Source: a virus
Lineage: Duplodnaviria > Caudoviricetes
Reading direction: 5' to 3' (one strand)
DNA: 64,000 bases
IMG/VR virus record: IMGVR_UViG_3300013280_000006
Span: 18,892-82,891 of that record
Below, piece by piece: positions 16,343 to 26,486 of this stretch (position 1 is its first letter; the number at the start of each line of letters is the position of its first letter). Made by a program: the position numbers and the translations under genes. Below the pieces are notes generated by a model, which ran no database searches, had not been told where the DNA came from, and worked only from the letters and a program-made list of their open reading frames with translations.

Positions 16343-19332
16343 ACTTTGAGCCCCATTAAGCAAAGAAGGTCATCACAGTCTGGGTCTACCCCTTTCCTAA
16401 CAATAGACGGGAAAAAGTCTATGCTGACCAATGCTCCTGGTCTTGTTGGGCAGAAATCGCCAAACGCAATGACTGGGTTGATCGCCTCCATGCAAGCTCT
16501 GTAGTTAAATGTAAAGCTGAATGTAGTATAGAGCCAATACATCGTACCATCCCAGGGATCTGCTTGCGCCGTAAAGCGAGTACCGACCGAGCTCAAACAC
16601 TCAGCATCTCCGTTTCCTGGAAATAGCCAGATCTCGACCTTTAGAGTAGACGGATCGGCTAAGAACGCATCGGCTTCGCTCGAAGTTACAGGACCCATTC
16701 TAAACAGCACTGTTCCAGATATGTTCAAATCCTGACAGTTGTACGTTCGCGCCGGACTGCACTCATCTGTAGCAACAGACAAGTATGTGGAGCCTATGCC
16801 TGATCCTGGGTCACAATTTGGAACATGTGAAAGAGTTTGTGTAAGTGTAGTGACAGCACTATTACAGTCCCCACAAGTGCGTGTCGTGGTCGACACAATG
16901 TCACCAGTACACGTGGTGTGGTGCTCTACGGTCTCATCGTAACCATTGCATAACAACACCCCGCCTCCGACATCAACCAAATACTCATCAATAGTATTTT
17001 TCAATGCCCCAAGCCATCTTCGTTCGAAGCACGAGAAAAATGCATTACACCATACACCAGGAACAAAGACTGAACCGCATCCAGGTCTATCGTCCCACGT
17101 CTCGTATACGTTACACACTAGAGTTCGACCGGGCGATGTGGCATTACACGTAAACGTGCTATTACTGTAGCCTGGCCCAGATCCTGGCGTGATTGGGATA
17201 TTGTCAGGATCGCAGTCTGCGCTTACGTCGTACCAACAGGGAGTGCCGGTGGTGCAGTCACCGTCACCTTCGCAAATAGTCCCAGACACACCGTCCGAAC
17301 ATCCGAACGTACCGGCCGCCTCCAGAGTTACGTGCTCTATTGCAGAGCACGGACAACAATATGCACTTTTGATTGCAACCAGATCGTCGTTACACTCGCC
17401 CTCATTACACGTACAATCATTACAGTACCAATTATCGCAGTTATAGCTAACATATCCAGAACAAGCAGTACAGCACGGATCGTGTGATTGTTGCAATCGA
17501 TGGTAGCCGTGTAGCGATACTTCGAGCGATACGTCTCTAGCTCGCTGATCGCTAGGCATCACACTGACCCCACCAACACTCAGCGATCTGGGTGGTACTC
17601 TGCCGTTCACATTCACGCTAAACATATTCTTAGCGCGTAGGAATATAGCATCACAGCTATCCACACAATCACAAGTGTGAAACAGCCGTCGGAACGGCAT
17701 AGGCAGATTCCAGTCTGCCTTCCAGATACCGCGCGGCTGTGAGATTGGGTTCTGTGCTGGATGCTTCGTGTACACTAGTGAATACGTAAACGTTGCCCCA
17801 TCCGGATTTCTAACGATATATAGGACCTCATAGCGTGCGCCGAAAGGCGCAAAGTCATTAGCGGTCATTTCATCCGGAGGGTTAGCTTCATACCCAACAC
17901 ATGCACATACGTCAAAGTTGGGGCAGTTACAGTCCTTTCCGTCACCCTCAACAGCTTCTCCGAGATCGTTATTCAGAGAACCAACTGCCTGGAACGGGCA
18001 TTCGTTCGTATCAGCAGGATCACCGAGTGTGTTCGATCCTGGCATGTCTGCGATACTTGCCGCAGTGACCCATCCACTTGTGTGCGGAGTTGGGAATCCT
18101 ATTTTATATACGTAACCTACGTTTGGCTCGCGGATTGGAATTGGGCGTAATCCAGCGACGCACGCCGATGGATCGCAAGGACAGTTGTAGTACTCATCTG
18201 GATGCGGCGTGCAATTAAGCGACTCTGTTGAAATGTTGAGCGTCACATCGCAGGTGGCTGGGCTATCTGGAATCCATCGTGGACGTACTCGAATGTAGAA
18301 CGTATCTGAGTTCTCATCTTCGATCTCACCGACAACTGTCCAATTATCTTCCTCATCGTCACAGTTAACTGTTAGAACAATGTCCCCGCCGTACGGTACC
18401 AGATCTTTTGCATTAGCTAGGGAGAGCCCGGTAAGCAAAGTGTATGGTTCGTGGAGTGTGGTTGTGTAACTGCAAGCGTTAAGGCTGCTGCCATAAACGG
18501 CATTTAAAGAACTTCCAATAAATAGCTCATCTGTTTCCCAGGAGCACTGGTTATTGTAAGAAGCCTTCTTGTCAAACCTAACTATTGCCTCCAGTGTGGC
18601 TAGTCCTGAGATTTGAGAGTCTGGATCCGGATGCGCCGCAACCCCGTCCCATAGTTGCGGACTTTCGATGACAAGGTAGCCACCTTCGTCTTCTGCTTCA
18701 GGGTGTGTCCAGCAGTAACCCTGATACCCCAGTAGCTGCTCTGGGTTATACGACTGCATCCAAGGACCAGAATAGCTACCCTGGATAAGTCTATCTTGCC
18801 AGCCGTGGTTACACCCACACGCTAGAGAGTCGTCATAATTTAAGCTGTAGTTATTGAGTGACGCCCCGCACTCTACATTTTGGTTGGCGTATAAAACAAC
18901 CGGCTTCTTAGTCAGCACATCACCAAAACAATCTTTACACGATAGAAACTCTATGCTGATCTTTAAACAACCAGCTGCCGGGGAATCTTCTGCAGTGGCC
19001 GTATTTACAAGCTCGGCAGTTATTCTGAACACTGCGCTCTCCGGCTCAGGTCCAGGAGAGAATGTATTAGTCCACACACAAAATCCGGGTTTTTTGTCAG
19101 AGTACGGCAGTACCCAAGAACCTACTAAACAATCAAATGAATCTTTATTTATCGATTGTTCGGAGTCTATCACCTTCGTGATAGTTATCGTAATTGGCGG
19201 CTGAAACCACGGAGGAATTGACGTATCACAGCAGCAGTTGCCCTCGCACGGAACGCAACAGCAATCATTCATAAGCTGCCCGTTAGCAAGGCGCAGCAAT
19301 ACGTTAGTTCCTGGTATTCTTTGTATCGGCAT
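16339..19332 (-). CDS. Giant Cys-rich protein; putative tail-tip adhesin / receptor-binding protein
   Basis: 997 aa, about 65 Cys by hand count, N-terminal CCCVPC..CCC, acidic and beta-rich; sits at the distal end of the tail gene series. Confidence 0.6.
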   Translation of the reverse strand: MPIQRIPGTNVLLRLANGQLMNDCCCVPCEGNCCCDTSIPPWFQPPITITITKVIDSEQSINKDSFDCLVGSWVLPYSDKKPGFCVWTNTFSPGPEPESAVFRITAELVNTATAEDSPAAGCLKISIEFLSCKDCFGDVLTKKPVVLYANQNVECGASLNNYSLNYDDSLACGCNHGWQDRLIQGSYSGPWMQSYNPEQLLGYQGYCWTHPEAEDEGGYLVIESPQLWDGVAAHPDPDSQISGLATLEAIVRFDKKASYNNQCSWETDELFIGSSLNAVYGSSLNACSYTTTLHEPYTLLTGLSLANAKDLVPYGGDIVLTVNCDDEEDNWTVVGEIEDENSDTFYIRVRPRWIPDSPATCDVTLNISTESLNCTPHPDEYYNCPCDPSACVAGLRPIPIREPNVGYVYKIGFPTPHTSGWVTAASIADMPGSNTLGDPADTNECPFQAVGSLNNDLGEAVEGDGKDCNCPNFDVCACVGYEANPPDEMTANDFAPFGARYEVLYIVRNPDGATFTYSLVYTKHPAQNPISQPRGIWKADWNLPMPFRRLFHTCDCVDSCDAIFLRAKNMFSVNVNGRVPPRSLSVGGVSVMPSDQRARDVSLEVSLHGYHRLQQSHDPCCTACSGYVSYNCDNWYCNDCTCNEGECNDDLVAIKSAYCCPCSAIEHVTLEAAGTFGCSDGVSGTICEGDGDCTTGTPCWYDVSADCDPDNIPITPGSGPGYSNSTFTCNATSPGRTLVCNVYETWDDRPGCGSVFVPGVWCNAFFSCFERRWLGALKNTIDEYLVDVGGGVLLCNGYDETVEHHTTCTGDIVSTTTRTCGDCNSAVTTLTQTLSHVPNCDPGSGIGSTYLSVATDECSPARTYNCQDLNISGTVLFRMGPVTSSEADAFLADPSTLKVEIWLFPGNGDAECLSSVGTRFTAQADPWDGTMYWLYTTFSFTFNYRACMEAINPVIAFGDFCPTRPGALVSIDFFPSIVRKGVDPDCDDLLCLMGLKV

Positions 19333-19336
19333 GATA

Positions 19337-19819
19337 TTACGGGCACGGCGCAGTAGAGATCAGTGTGACCCTAGTCTCTGCGCTTATTTTAATCAAGGAA
19401 TTGCAAGTATCGTAATCATATGTTCTAAAGTACCCGTAGAGATTACCACTAACGGCATCAAATGCAAAACGGGTCAAAACTGTTGTACTAAGTTTGATCG
19501 AAGCGTCCGGATTTACAGTACGAGTCCATGTGTCGGATAGTGCTGTAATTTGGGTACTGACATCAGTACTTCCGATAGTTACAAGTCCGCCCGGCGGTGG
19601 AGTGGGCTCGATGGCAGGAATACATGCACCAGATCCTGGGTTAACGTCCTGATTTGGAGTAGATGGCGGAAATAGTGTATCTCTTTGGTCGGGATCTAAA
19701 GAGATCGATGGTAGCTTAAGAATATTACAAGTTGTCACACATTGGTGTGAGTCTAATCTCGATATGCTGTCGAGATTAAAATTGAAACAAGATCTAGGCG
19801 TAAAAGCTGCTGGCATCAA
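19337..19819 (-). CDS. Putative tail-tip / fibre adaptor protein
   Basis: 160 aa with Pro-rich linker and beta-rich C-terminus; directly precedes the Cys-rich gene. Confidence 0.5.
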   Translation of the reverse strand: MMPAAFTPRSCFNFNLDSISRLDSHQCVTTCNILKLPSISLDPDQRDTLFPPSTPNQDVNPGSGACIPAIEPTPPPGGLVTIGSTDVSTQITALSDTWTRTVNPDASIKLSTTVLTRFAFDAVSGNLYGYFRTYDYDTCNSLIKISAETRVTLISTAPCP

Positions 19820-20733
19820 TACACACAGTTATATGATTGGTGATTGTACGGATTACTGGTGGCACAATTATTCAACGAAGCCCCGTAGTTAAACAATATC
19901 GGAGAAACAAATTGAACCAGAAGTGCATTTAAACTTCCTGGAACACTTTGAACGCTGACGCCTGGCGATCCTTCAAGTACGAATATGCTCGCACCTTCCA
20001 CTGGACCGACGCCATTAATAGTGTACAGCAAGTCTCCACATTTTGGTTCATTTGAAGTTGAGTAGCCTGGCGGTAGTGTTCTCGGCGACTGACATGGCAC
20101 ATCTCCAGCGATGCCCGCCACGTTCGTAACACTTACTGATATGGTGTTTACTGACGGAATGATAAGAACATCCGCATGACGGCCAGCTGAGAACTTGATA
20201 TCGCCATTTAGACTAGTTGCGGTGATTTCAAAATCATCTAGAGGAACGGTCGGCGAGAAGCAGTCATTATCCTGATACAAAGTACTATATTGATTAGCCA
20301 CATGAATTTGTCTAATCTCACGCTTAAAAAAAGTATGCACTTTCTCTTTTCGTATTTCGATATTGGTTGTCAGATTGGTCCCTGTGCCAGCAAAGAAGTT
20401 GGCATGGATTCGTCCTACGGTAATGAACGCTCTTCCTAGAGAGTTCGGACCAGTGGCCCAGTAGGAGGTTCCGGGAGGATCCGATTGATTTACAGTGAAC
20501 GAGAAACTGACAGACTGAGTAGATCCGGTAGCTTTGATGGTAACAGTGCAATATCCAGAATTAGATTCAATTTTCTCAAGCACACAACTATCTGCGTACC
20601 GCCACCCAACCGCGTGTCTAAGAATAACACCGCAGTCAATAAACCAATCATTGTATGGAGTTGTCAAGTATGTAACAGGTCCAACGAGTGGACTGGACTG
20701 GAATCTGTTTTGATTTTGATAATCAATGAACAT
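19816..20733 (-). CDS. Tail-tip paralog family member 5
   Basis: DYQNQNRFQSSP, GDIKFSAG, TINGVGP motifs. Confidence 0.6.
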   Translation of the reverse strand: MFIDYQNQNRFQSSPLVGPVTYLTTPYNDWFIDCGVILRHAVGWRYADSCVLEKIESNSGYCTVTIKATGSTQSVSFSFTVNQSDPPGTSYWATGPNSLGRAFITVGRIHANFFAGTGTNLTTNIEIRKEKVHTFFKREIRQIHVANQYSTLYQDNDCFSPTVPLDDFEITATSLNGDIKFSAGRHADVLIIPSVNTISVSVTNVAGIAGDVPCQSPRTLPPGYSTSNEPKCGDLLYTINGVGPVEGASIFVLEGSPGVSVQSVPGSLNALLVQFVSPILFNYGASLNNCATSNPYNHQSYNCVY

Positions 20734-20734
20734 A

Positions 20735-21538
20735 TTACACTACTTGATAGGTAGATCCGGTAACCACAGCTATGCGCAGTCCAGAGTCTGTAGGATCTAT
20801 CCTGACAATATTTGTTAGATTTGTATCGGACACACGAAAGAATACATTTCCATACGTATTTGGTGTTAGGTTAAATGTGGAACCTGCTGGCGTGTGAACA
20901 CGCAACACCTTGAGTGGTCTTTTGGTAGTAAACTGAATACCTTCTCGAGTACAGAATTTTCTCAAGAAGTATGGATCGCTCACCACACTGATAGATATGA
21001 CCGGATCCCCGTTTACCGAAGTCACACCGAGCGACACTCCATCTTCAGCTATCAACCAAATGTCACCGTAGGCTACTTTATCGCCTTCGAGTACTATACC
21101 AGTAACGTTTTTAGTTGGCTGTGGAAATACTACGCCAGGAAGAAATGGGAATGCCAATGGTGAGAATGATAGGTCGGCGTTTGTTGGCACGGCTGCACGA
21201 AGAGCTGTTGCATTGAGCAGCAGTACACCAATCTCACGTTTAGCGCTGGAGGTGTCCGTTACTGTGACATAAGCGGACTGGCTACCGAATGAGTCAACTA
21301 CAGCCTGACCAACTTCCCCAGACGAGTCATTAATAGTGATAGTAATACGTGCACTTGTAGCTTTGATGTTTCGAATTGCTAGGTCTTGCCGCCCCTGCGG
21401 TGGGTACATTCTCGCATCTAAAAACACATTCGGTGGAATGAACACATTTCCGCTATCACGCATAGTCGCAATATCGGTAAATGGGTAATTCTGTAACCCA
21501 AACGGTTGAGGAGATTGGACTGGACCAGCAATGACCAT
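20735..21538 (-). CDS. Tail-tip paralog family member 4
   Basis: LQNYPFTD, GDIWLIAEDG, PNTYGNVF motifs. Confidence 0.6.
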   Translation of the reverse strand: MVIAGPVQSPQPFGLQNYPFTDIATMRDSGNVFIPPNVFLDARMYPPQGRQDLAIRNIKATSARITITINDSSGEVGQAVVDSFGSQSAYVTVTDTSSAKREIGVLLLNATALRAAVPTNADLSFSPLAFPFLPGVVFPQPTKNVTGIVLEGDKVAYGDIWLIAEDGVSLGVTSVNGDPVISISVVSDPYFLRKFCTREGIQFTTKRPLKVLRVHTPAGSTFNLTPNTYGNVFFRVSDTNLTNIVRIDPTDSGLRIAVVTGSTYQVV

Positions 21539-22500
21539 TAAAGGCTTCCTCCGTAGATCCGATTATACGAAGCAAAGGGTCCAACGGCTGGAGCCTCAAT
21601 ACAGGTGGATGAGCACAACTCTAAAAATACGGTCTGGTCAAACGCACAGACCTCACCTTGTCCTATGTTGGAGAGTAGATCGAGTGCATTCTCGTCATTC
21701 GCATTTTCTACCACAAACACAGTCCCAAGTTGCGGGACCAGCACCTCTGAAAAGAACAGATCAATCACTCCACTGCAGTTTGGAATTGCACTATTTATTC
21801 CAAAGATCGGAGGACGCATACACGTTCCGCTCTCAGGCACCACGTCGCAAGGACCTAGATACTTTTTAAGTAGTTCAGCGCCTTTACCCTCCAAATTAAG
21901 CCTGAACACGATTGCATCTACGGGATTTCCGTTGATCTCCCGTGCGTCTTGATCCGTGGATGAGACGTATTCAATTTTCAAGATGTCAGGTGCTGTGCTC
22001 TCTAGAATCACGTCGCCTACTAAACTCTCCGAACGATTTAGTTTACCCAGACTTGTAACCAAGTCCGTACGAACAAATTGTGTTGCATTCGACGGAAGCA
22101 CAGCGGTCTGCGTAGGCGAGCTAAATCTCCAGGTCTCTAGAGTTTGGTAAGAATCGATACCGTTTCCAAATGCAACCCAACCAGCGACTGAGTCAGTTAA
22201 ACCAGTCATGGCGTAGTTTCTGTATTTAGTAACTGGTCGAGGAATAGTTAGAGTAGCGAGTGGGTTGAAAATTCCTCCGTTATCTCCAGAGATCGTAATG
22301 GAAACTAGACCCGGTGATATGGCTACCGAACTGACAAATATCTTACCTTGGTATGTAGATGCCTCGACCCATAGATTAAGATCAACAATAATGTCGTCTT
22401 GAAGAATCTTACCAGTGTCATCTATCTTGGTTGCGGAATCTTCCAGTGGATAGCTTCGGCTGCCGTTAAAGTTCTGCCATTGTGTGTTTACAATGTTCAT
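21538..22500 (-). CDS. Tail-tip paralog family member 3
   Basis: WQNFNGSRSYPLED, GDVILES, GINSAIPNCSG motifs; ATG 22500 overlaps the upstream TGA. Confidence 0.6.
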   Translation of the reverse strand: MNIVNTQWQNFNGSRSYPLEDSATKIDDTGKILQDDIIVDLNLWVEASTYQGKIFVSSVAISPGLVSITISGDNGGIFNPLATLTIPRPVTKYRNYAMTGLTDSVAGWVAFGNGIDSYQTLETWRFSSPTQTAVLPSNATQFVRTDLVTSLGKLNRSESLVGDVILESTAPDILKIEYVSSTDQDAREINGNPVDAIVFRLNLEGKGAELLKKYLGPCDVVPESGTCMRPPIFGINSAIPNCSGVIDLFFSEVLVPQLGTVFVVENANDENALDLLSNIGQGEVCAFDQTVFLELCSSTCIEAPAVGPFASYNRIYGGSL

Positions 22501-23861
22501 GAGCAACCCACTGGATTAATGTCTAGATTGATACTTCCTTGGAATATGAGCGGTGTGATCCCAGAACCAGGCTCAAACGTAACTTCGCCGAGCCACGTCA
22601 CTACGATATCATCTGGTCCGTCGCATCTATCAAAATGCATATTCCAATACCACGATGCATACTTCCGTTTATCTAAAACAGCATCTCCGAGTCCTGTAGG
22701 ATACACCACTACCACCCCTGCAAATGGTGGCGGTATCTGCTGTGGTGCGTAACCTGGAATCTTACGACGACCCGAGTAGTTACGATAAGTAGCGGTTGCA
22801 GCAGGTGATGGACCATAGTTGAATGAGGCGGTTACACTTGATACTTTAGCCAAGTTGCCCGTCTGCAGCCTTAGAACAACATCATATGCTTCTTCGTCTG
22901 ATTGCTCAAAACGAACCGTTACTTTGGGTGTGTCGAACTCTTTTGCAAAGCGATCTAATAGATTGACGTAGTCTCTGTAAACATTCAGCGCTTGACATAG
23001 CCGTTCGTGAACGTTCTTTGCATTAACCCAAATTCCGCGTACTAGACAATAAGTCTCAGCCAGTTCGTCGCAAACTATGCAAGGCTCACAATTATTCCGC
23101 ATGAAAATTTGCGACGTCTCGTCGTCTACCTGTTGATACATCCAATGGCAGCCATCGGTACGTACAAAAATATCTCCATACTTATTCGGCCCAACTCCGT
23201 TGATAGTGCTGATCGTATTTGAGTTGAGACTTTCGCACTGCTCTGGTTTTCTACCGTCCCCCTCACCCGAGATTGCGGACAACACAAGTTGTGTGTACGG
23301 TTGATCTTCGGCTGTGACCGGTACCGTCTCTATCTTAAGGTTGTAGCCAGCTTTGATGTCTACGTCGCCATCGACTACATCAGACGGCTCAACAAAAAAC
23401 GACAACACCTTAGCCGGAGTCATGTCATAGCAGGAACTAACCAGCGGAAGCTGCATGGAGTTATAACTGAACGCCCCCATCGCAGTCAATGCTGCTAAAT
23501 CAACTACCAGCTTAGCGTCGCTTCCTTTGACGTTACCACCACCAGTCTCCAAGGCTTCAAACTCAAAAGTTTTCCAAATATTAGCCCAGGCATTAGAGTG
23601 CTGCGTGACATTCAAGCTAGACTCAGGAAAATTGATAATTGGGGTAGTGCCCAACTTTAGCACAAGTGCAGTGATCGCACCGCCATTACTGGCGATCGTA
23701 TCGAGGTACAATTTTCCGGTCTCGTCCTCTAGTGAACGAGGAACAGCGACGTATATGTCACCAAATAACTTGTTAATTTGTGGATTAAGACTATAAGCTT
23801 CCTCAAATGGAAAGTTGAGTTCCCGCGAAGCTACCAAATAGTCGATTTGAGGTGTTGACAT
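22497..23861 (-). CDS. Tail-tip paralog family member 2 (with coiled coil and extra C-terminal domain)
   Basis: RELNFPFEE, GDVDIKAG, TINGVGPNKYGDI, CEPCIVC motifs. Confidence 0.6.
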   Translation of the reverse strand: MSTPQIDYLVASRELNFPFEEAYSLNPQINKLFGDIYVAVPRSLEDETGKLYLDTIASNGGAITALVLKLGTTPIINFPESSLNVTQHSNAWANIWKTFEFEALETGGGNVKGSDAKLVVDLAALTAMGAFSYNSMQLPLVSSCYDMTPAKVLSFFVEPSDVVDGDVDIKAGYNLKIETVPVTAEDQPYTQLVLSAISGEGDGRKPEQCESLNSNTISTINGVGPNKYGDIFVRTDGCHWMYQQVDDETSQIFMRNNCEPCIVCDELAETYCLVRGIWVNAKNVHERLCQALNVYRDYVNLLDRFAKEFDTPKVTVRFEQSDEEAYDVVLRLQTGNLAKVSSVTASFNYGPSPAATATYRNYSGRRKIPGYAPQQIPPPFAGVVVVYPTGLGDAVLDKRKYASWYWNMHFDRCDGPDDIVVTWLGEVTFEPGSGITPLIFQGSINLDINPVGCS

Positions 23862-23862
23862 A

Positions 23863-24801
23863 TCACGTCAGGATGAACCCGGTTGCAGCGATGGCGTTAG
23901 CCAGGGCTTGCATCTGTTGTAAGTTATTCTCGAGTTTTTGCTGTGCGAATCCCTGTGTTCTTACGTCCGTAGTTAGAGAGTTTAGATCAGAAATGATCTT
24001 ATTTATATCTTCAACTGTGCAGCATGGTTCTGAGCAGACATCTTTAATCGTCAAAGCGTTATTTCCTGTTTGCACTGTAATACAGTTTACTCCGGTAAAT
24101 TGGATATTGCCTTGACTGTTAGCTTGCTGCCCGTTGATCCGACGAATGCACGGGGCCTGCGTTCTATCCGCAGTAGACAAGCACCCGCAATCTTGATTGA
24201 GGTTGGCTCCGTCGATTGCGTTAAAGGTAATTTGGTTTCCAGAGACCGTAATTGTCATATTTGTTCCGGCGACAAGTTCTACTACTCCATAGATTGGATC
24301 CGAGACATCGCCTCCGTTTCGTACTCGTAGCCTGCTCACACCTCGAATGTCGGGGCGTATTACCGTAGACACGAGTCGACCGCCAGCGCGGTCAAAAGTA
24401 AATACTCCAGCCGTAGCGAGGGTTTCTTGAATGTCTCCGATCGTCACGCGCGCAATCACATCCGAAAACGCACCAGTGCCGTACATAAAGTACGTGGTAT
24501 TTGGAGTATGTGTCGAGGATACAGATATTCGACCAACTTCTGTAAATGTTGAATTATCTGCTGTGTATGCAAACGTAACCACGATTCCAAGACCGAAGAC
24601 AGCAACCTCGCGGAGAACAAAACCATCTGGGTCGTATTGAGTGGCCGAACTGATAGGTATTACCAGGTCAACAATAAGACTATGTGGTAAGTTAAACGTA
24701 TTCGTTACGTCTGTACCTGAAGCATCGTCTGCAAGTGGGTACTTGCGGAGGCTGTTCTGGTTATACCACTCAACCCCAACAACAGAAGAAAATGGAGGCA
24801 T
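23863..24801 (-). CDS. Tail-tip paralog family member 1 (C-terminal coiled coil)
   Basis: WYNQNSLRKYPLADD, GVVELVAG, RINGQQANSQGNI, CSEPCC motifs. Confidence 0.6.
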   Translation of the reverse strand: MPPFSSVVGVEWYNQNSLRKYPLADDASGTDVTNTFNLPHSLIVDLVIPISSATQYDPDGFVLREVAVFGLGIVVTFAYTADNSTFTEVGRISVSSTHTPNTTYFMYGTGAFSDVIARVTIGDIQETLATAGVFTFDRAGGRLVSTVIRPDIRGVSRLRVRNGGDVSDPIYGVVELVAGTNMTITVSGNQITFNAIDGANLNQDCGCLSTADRTQAPCIRRINGQQANSQGNIQFTGVNCITVQTGNNALTIKDVCSEPCCTVEDINKIISDLNSLTTDVRTQGFAQQKLENNLQQMQALANAIAATGFILT

Positions 24802-24814
24802 TCACGAAGACTCC

Positions 24815-26473
24815 TTAGACGGCGTCGACTCTCCAACGCATACCAATCAAACCGACATCGCCGCTATACCCGCCAGTGCCGTTTCTAGTGATCTTGAAGT
24901 ATACGATATCACCAGGGTTGATGGTTGGTGGAAGAGCAATGTCCGCTCGATAGTATTGGTTTGCCGTCAAGGCTACGCCCGTAACAGAGCTGGCAGCTGA
25001 GAAAGAAGTCGGTAATGCTGATGGGCTGTTTACAGACGATTGTCTTGGTATTACCAGATACTCTACAGCAAGCGTTGGGGTCGTACCGTTCACCCTGCCC
25101 AGTACACTAACGTGTAGAGTCATGGTCATAGATGTCGGCAATCCAAGTACTGGTAACTGAACTCGCCCAAGAACAACTCCAGTCACTGTTTGCTTGAGTG
25201 CGAGATAGTAGACGTTGTTGTATTGATCAACGTCAACGTTATTCAACTCGACAAAGTCAATAGGGCCCTCTCTCGGAGCAGACCCGGACAGTACACTGAG
25301 TGTCAGTGCGCCTTTTCTGTAGGTTGTGCCACCGATCGATACTGTAGAGCCTCCGGTGATGGTGACATAATCCGGCGTAGTTGTTCTCAGCCCGTCCACG
25401 ACAGGACCAAGCTTTGCGGTCATGCCGTCGATCTCTTTGACAGCCTGTCCGTTGAGAGATGACTCCTCGGATGCGACTGTAAACTTTAACTTGATACGCA
25501 GATCGCCAGTGGTTGCCGCGTTACCTTGAGAGTTCTTGATCTCCAGAGAATCTGAATCAGATGTCAGCGATGTCACTACGCTCGCATCTGTCTTAAAGGT
25601 CATCCTAGTAAAGTAGAAATCGTGCCTGACTGTAGACAGATTGGAAACACTCTTCCACCAGATTCCTTCGTCATTCACAAGCACAGTATCATTTGCAATC
25701 AAGTCAGCTGCAATACCGTTCACATCGTAATGAACAGCGCTGATTGGGATGGGCGGCCAAAAGAAGTCTAGAACCGGATCGTCTTCTATCTTATACCGAT
25801 AGAGTGCACCAGCCGGTACTGTGTAGCCATTCAGCGACGCAGCCGCCGGTGTTTCCCACGCGTTCAAGCTCGCGGTAAGCTGTCGGTGGTAGTGGACGTG
25901 ACCCTCTAATGGGTCTTTCCATCCAATATTTACCATCAAATATACATTGCCACTTAACGCATCGTTGTAGAGTGTTCCGATGGTTACACCAATCGGTGGG
26001 CGTCTCTGCGTCACGAATCCATCATTTCCCGTGGTGGCTGACAAAAACACAGGACCGTTCGTTGGTCCAGCAGTTTCACAAACCGCTGCAAGATCGCTGG
26101 AGGAAAATCTAAGGACTCCGTGAACGACAATGTTACCGAGCGTGTTATTGATCTTGCTCTGAACGATGCCCCATACGAACGACTTCTCTGCCAACGCACC
26201 AAAGTTAGAACCTGTCGTTGGGTTTATTGCGGTTAATGCTGGGCGGAATACACCGTCAGATCCACGGTACAGTGACATGCCCGGAAGGACGTTGGCTCCT
26301 TCCATTGGCATCTCTCGAAGAATAACAGCCGAGCCAATCATGGCCTCTGTTATTGCTTCGTTCAACGCTACAGTGCGCTGATCGAGCAAGCGTAGTGGGT
26401 TGTTGACCACACCAGCTTGTACTGGCTGCCCGTCAGATATCAATGGAATATTTGCAGGAAACTGTAAAGTCAT
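24815..26473 (-). CDS. Baseplate-attached tail fibre-like protein
   Basis: N-terminal ISDGQPV..GVVNNPLRLLDQRT resembles myophage fibre anchor motifs; located after the baseplate genes. Confidence 0.6.
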   Translation of the reverse strand: MTLQFPANIPLISDGQPVQAGVVNNPLRLLDQRTVALNEAITEAMIGSAVILREMPMEGANVLPGMSLYRGSDGVFRPALTAINPTTGSNFGALAEKSFVWGIVQSKINNTLGNIVVHGVLRFSSSDLAAVCETAGPTNGPVFLSATTGNDGFVTQRRPPIGVTIGTLYNDALSGNVYLMVNIGWKDPLEGHVHYHRQLTASLNAWETPAAASLNGYTVPAGALYRYKIEDDPVLDFFWPPIPISAVHYDVNGIAADLIANDTVLVNDEGIWWKSVSNLSTVRHDFYFTRMTFKTDASVVTSLTSDSDSLEIKNSQGNAATTGDLRIKLKFTVASEESSLNGQAVKEIDGMTAKLGPVVDGLRTTTPDYVTITGGSTVSIGGTTYRKGALTLSVLSGSAPREGPIDFVELNNVDVDQYNNVYYLALKQTVTGVVLGRVQLPVLGLPTSMTMTLHVSVLGRVNGTTPTLAVEYLVIPRQSSVNSPSALPTSFSAASSVTGVALTANQYYRADIALPPTINPGDIVYFKITRNGTGGYSGDVGLIGMRWRVDAV

Positions 26474-26486
26474 TTATGGTTCGCTT

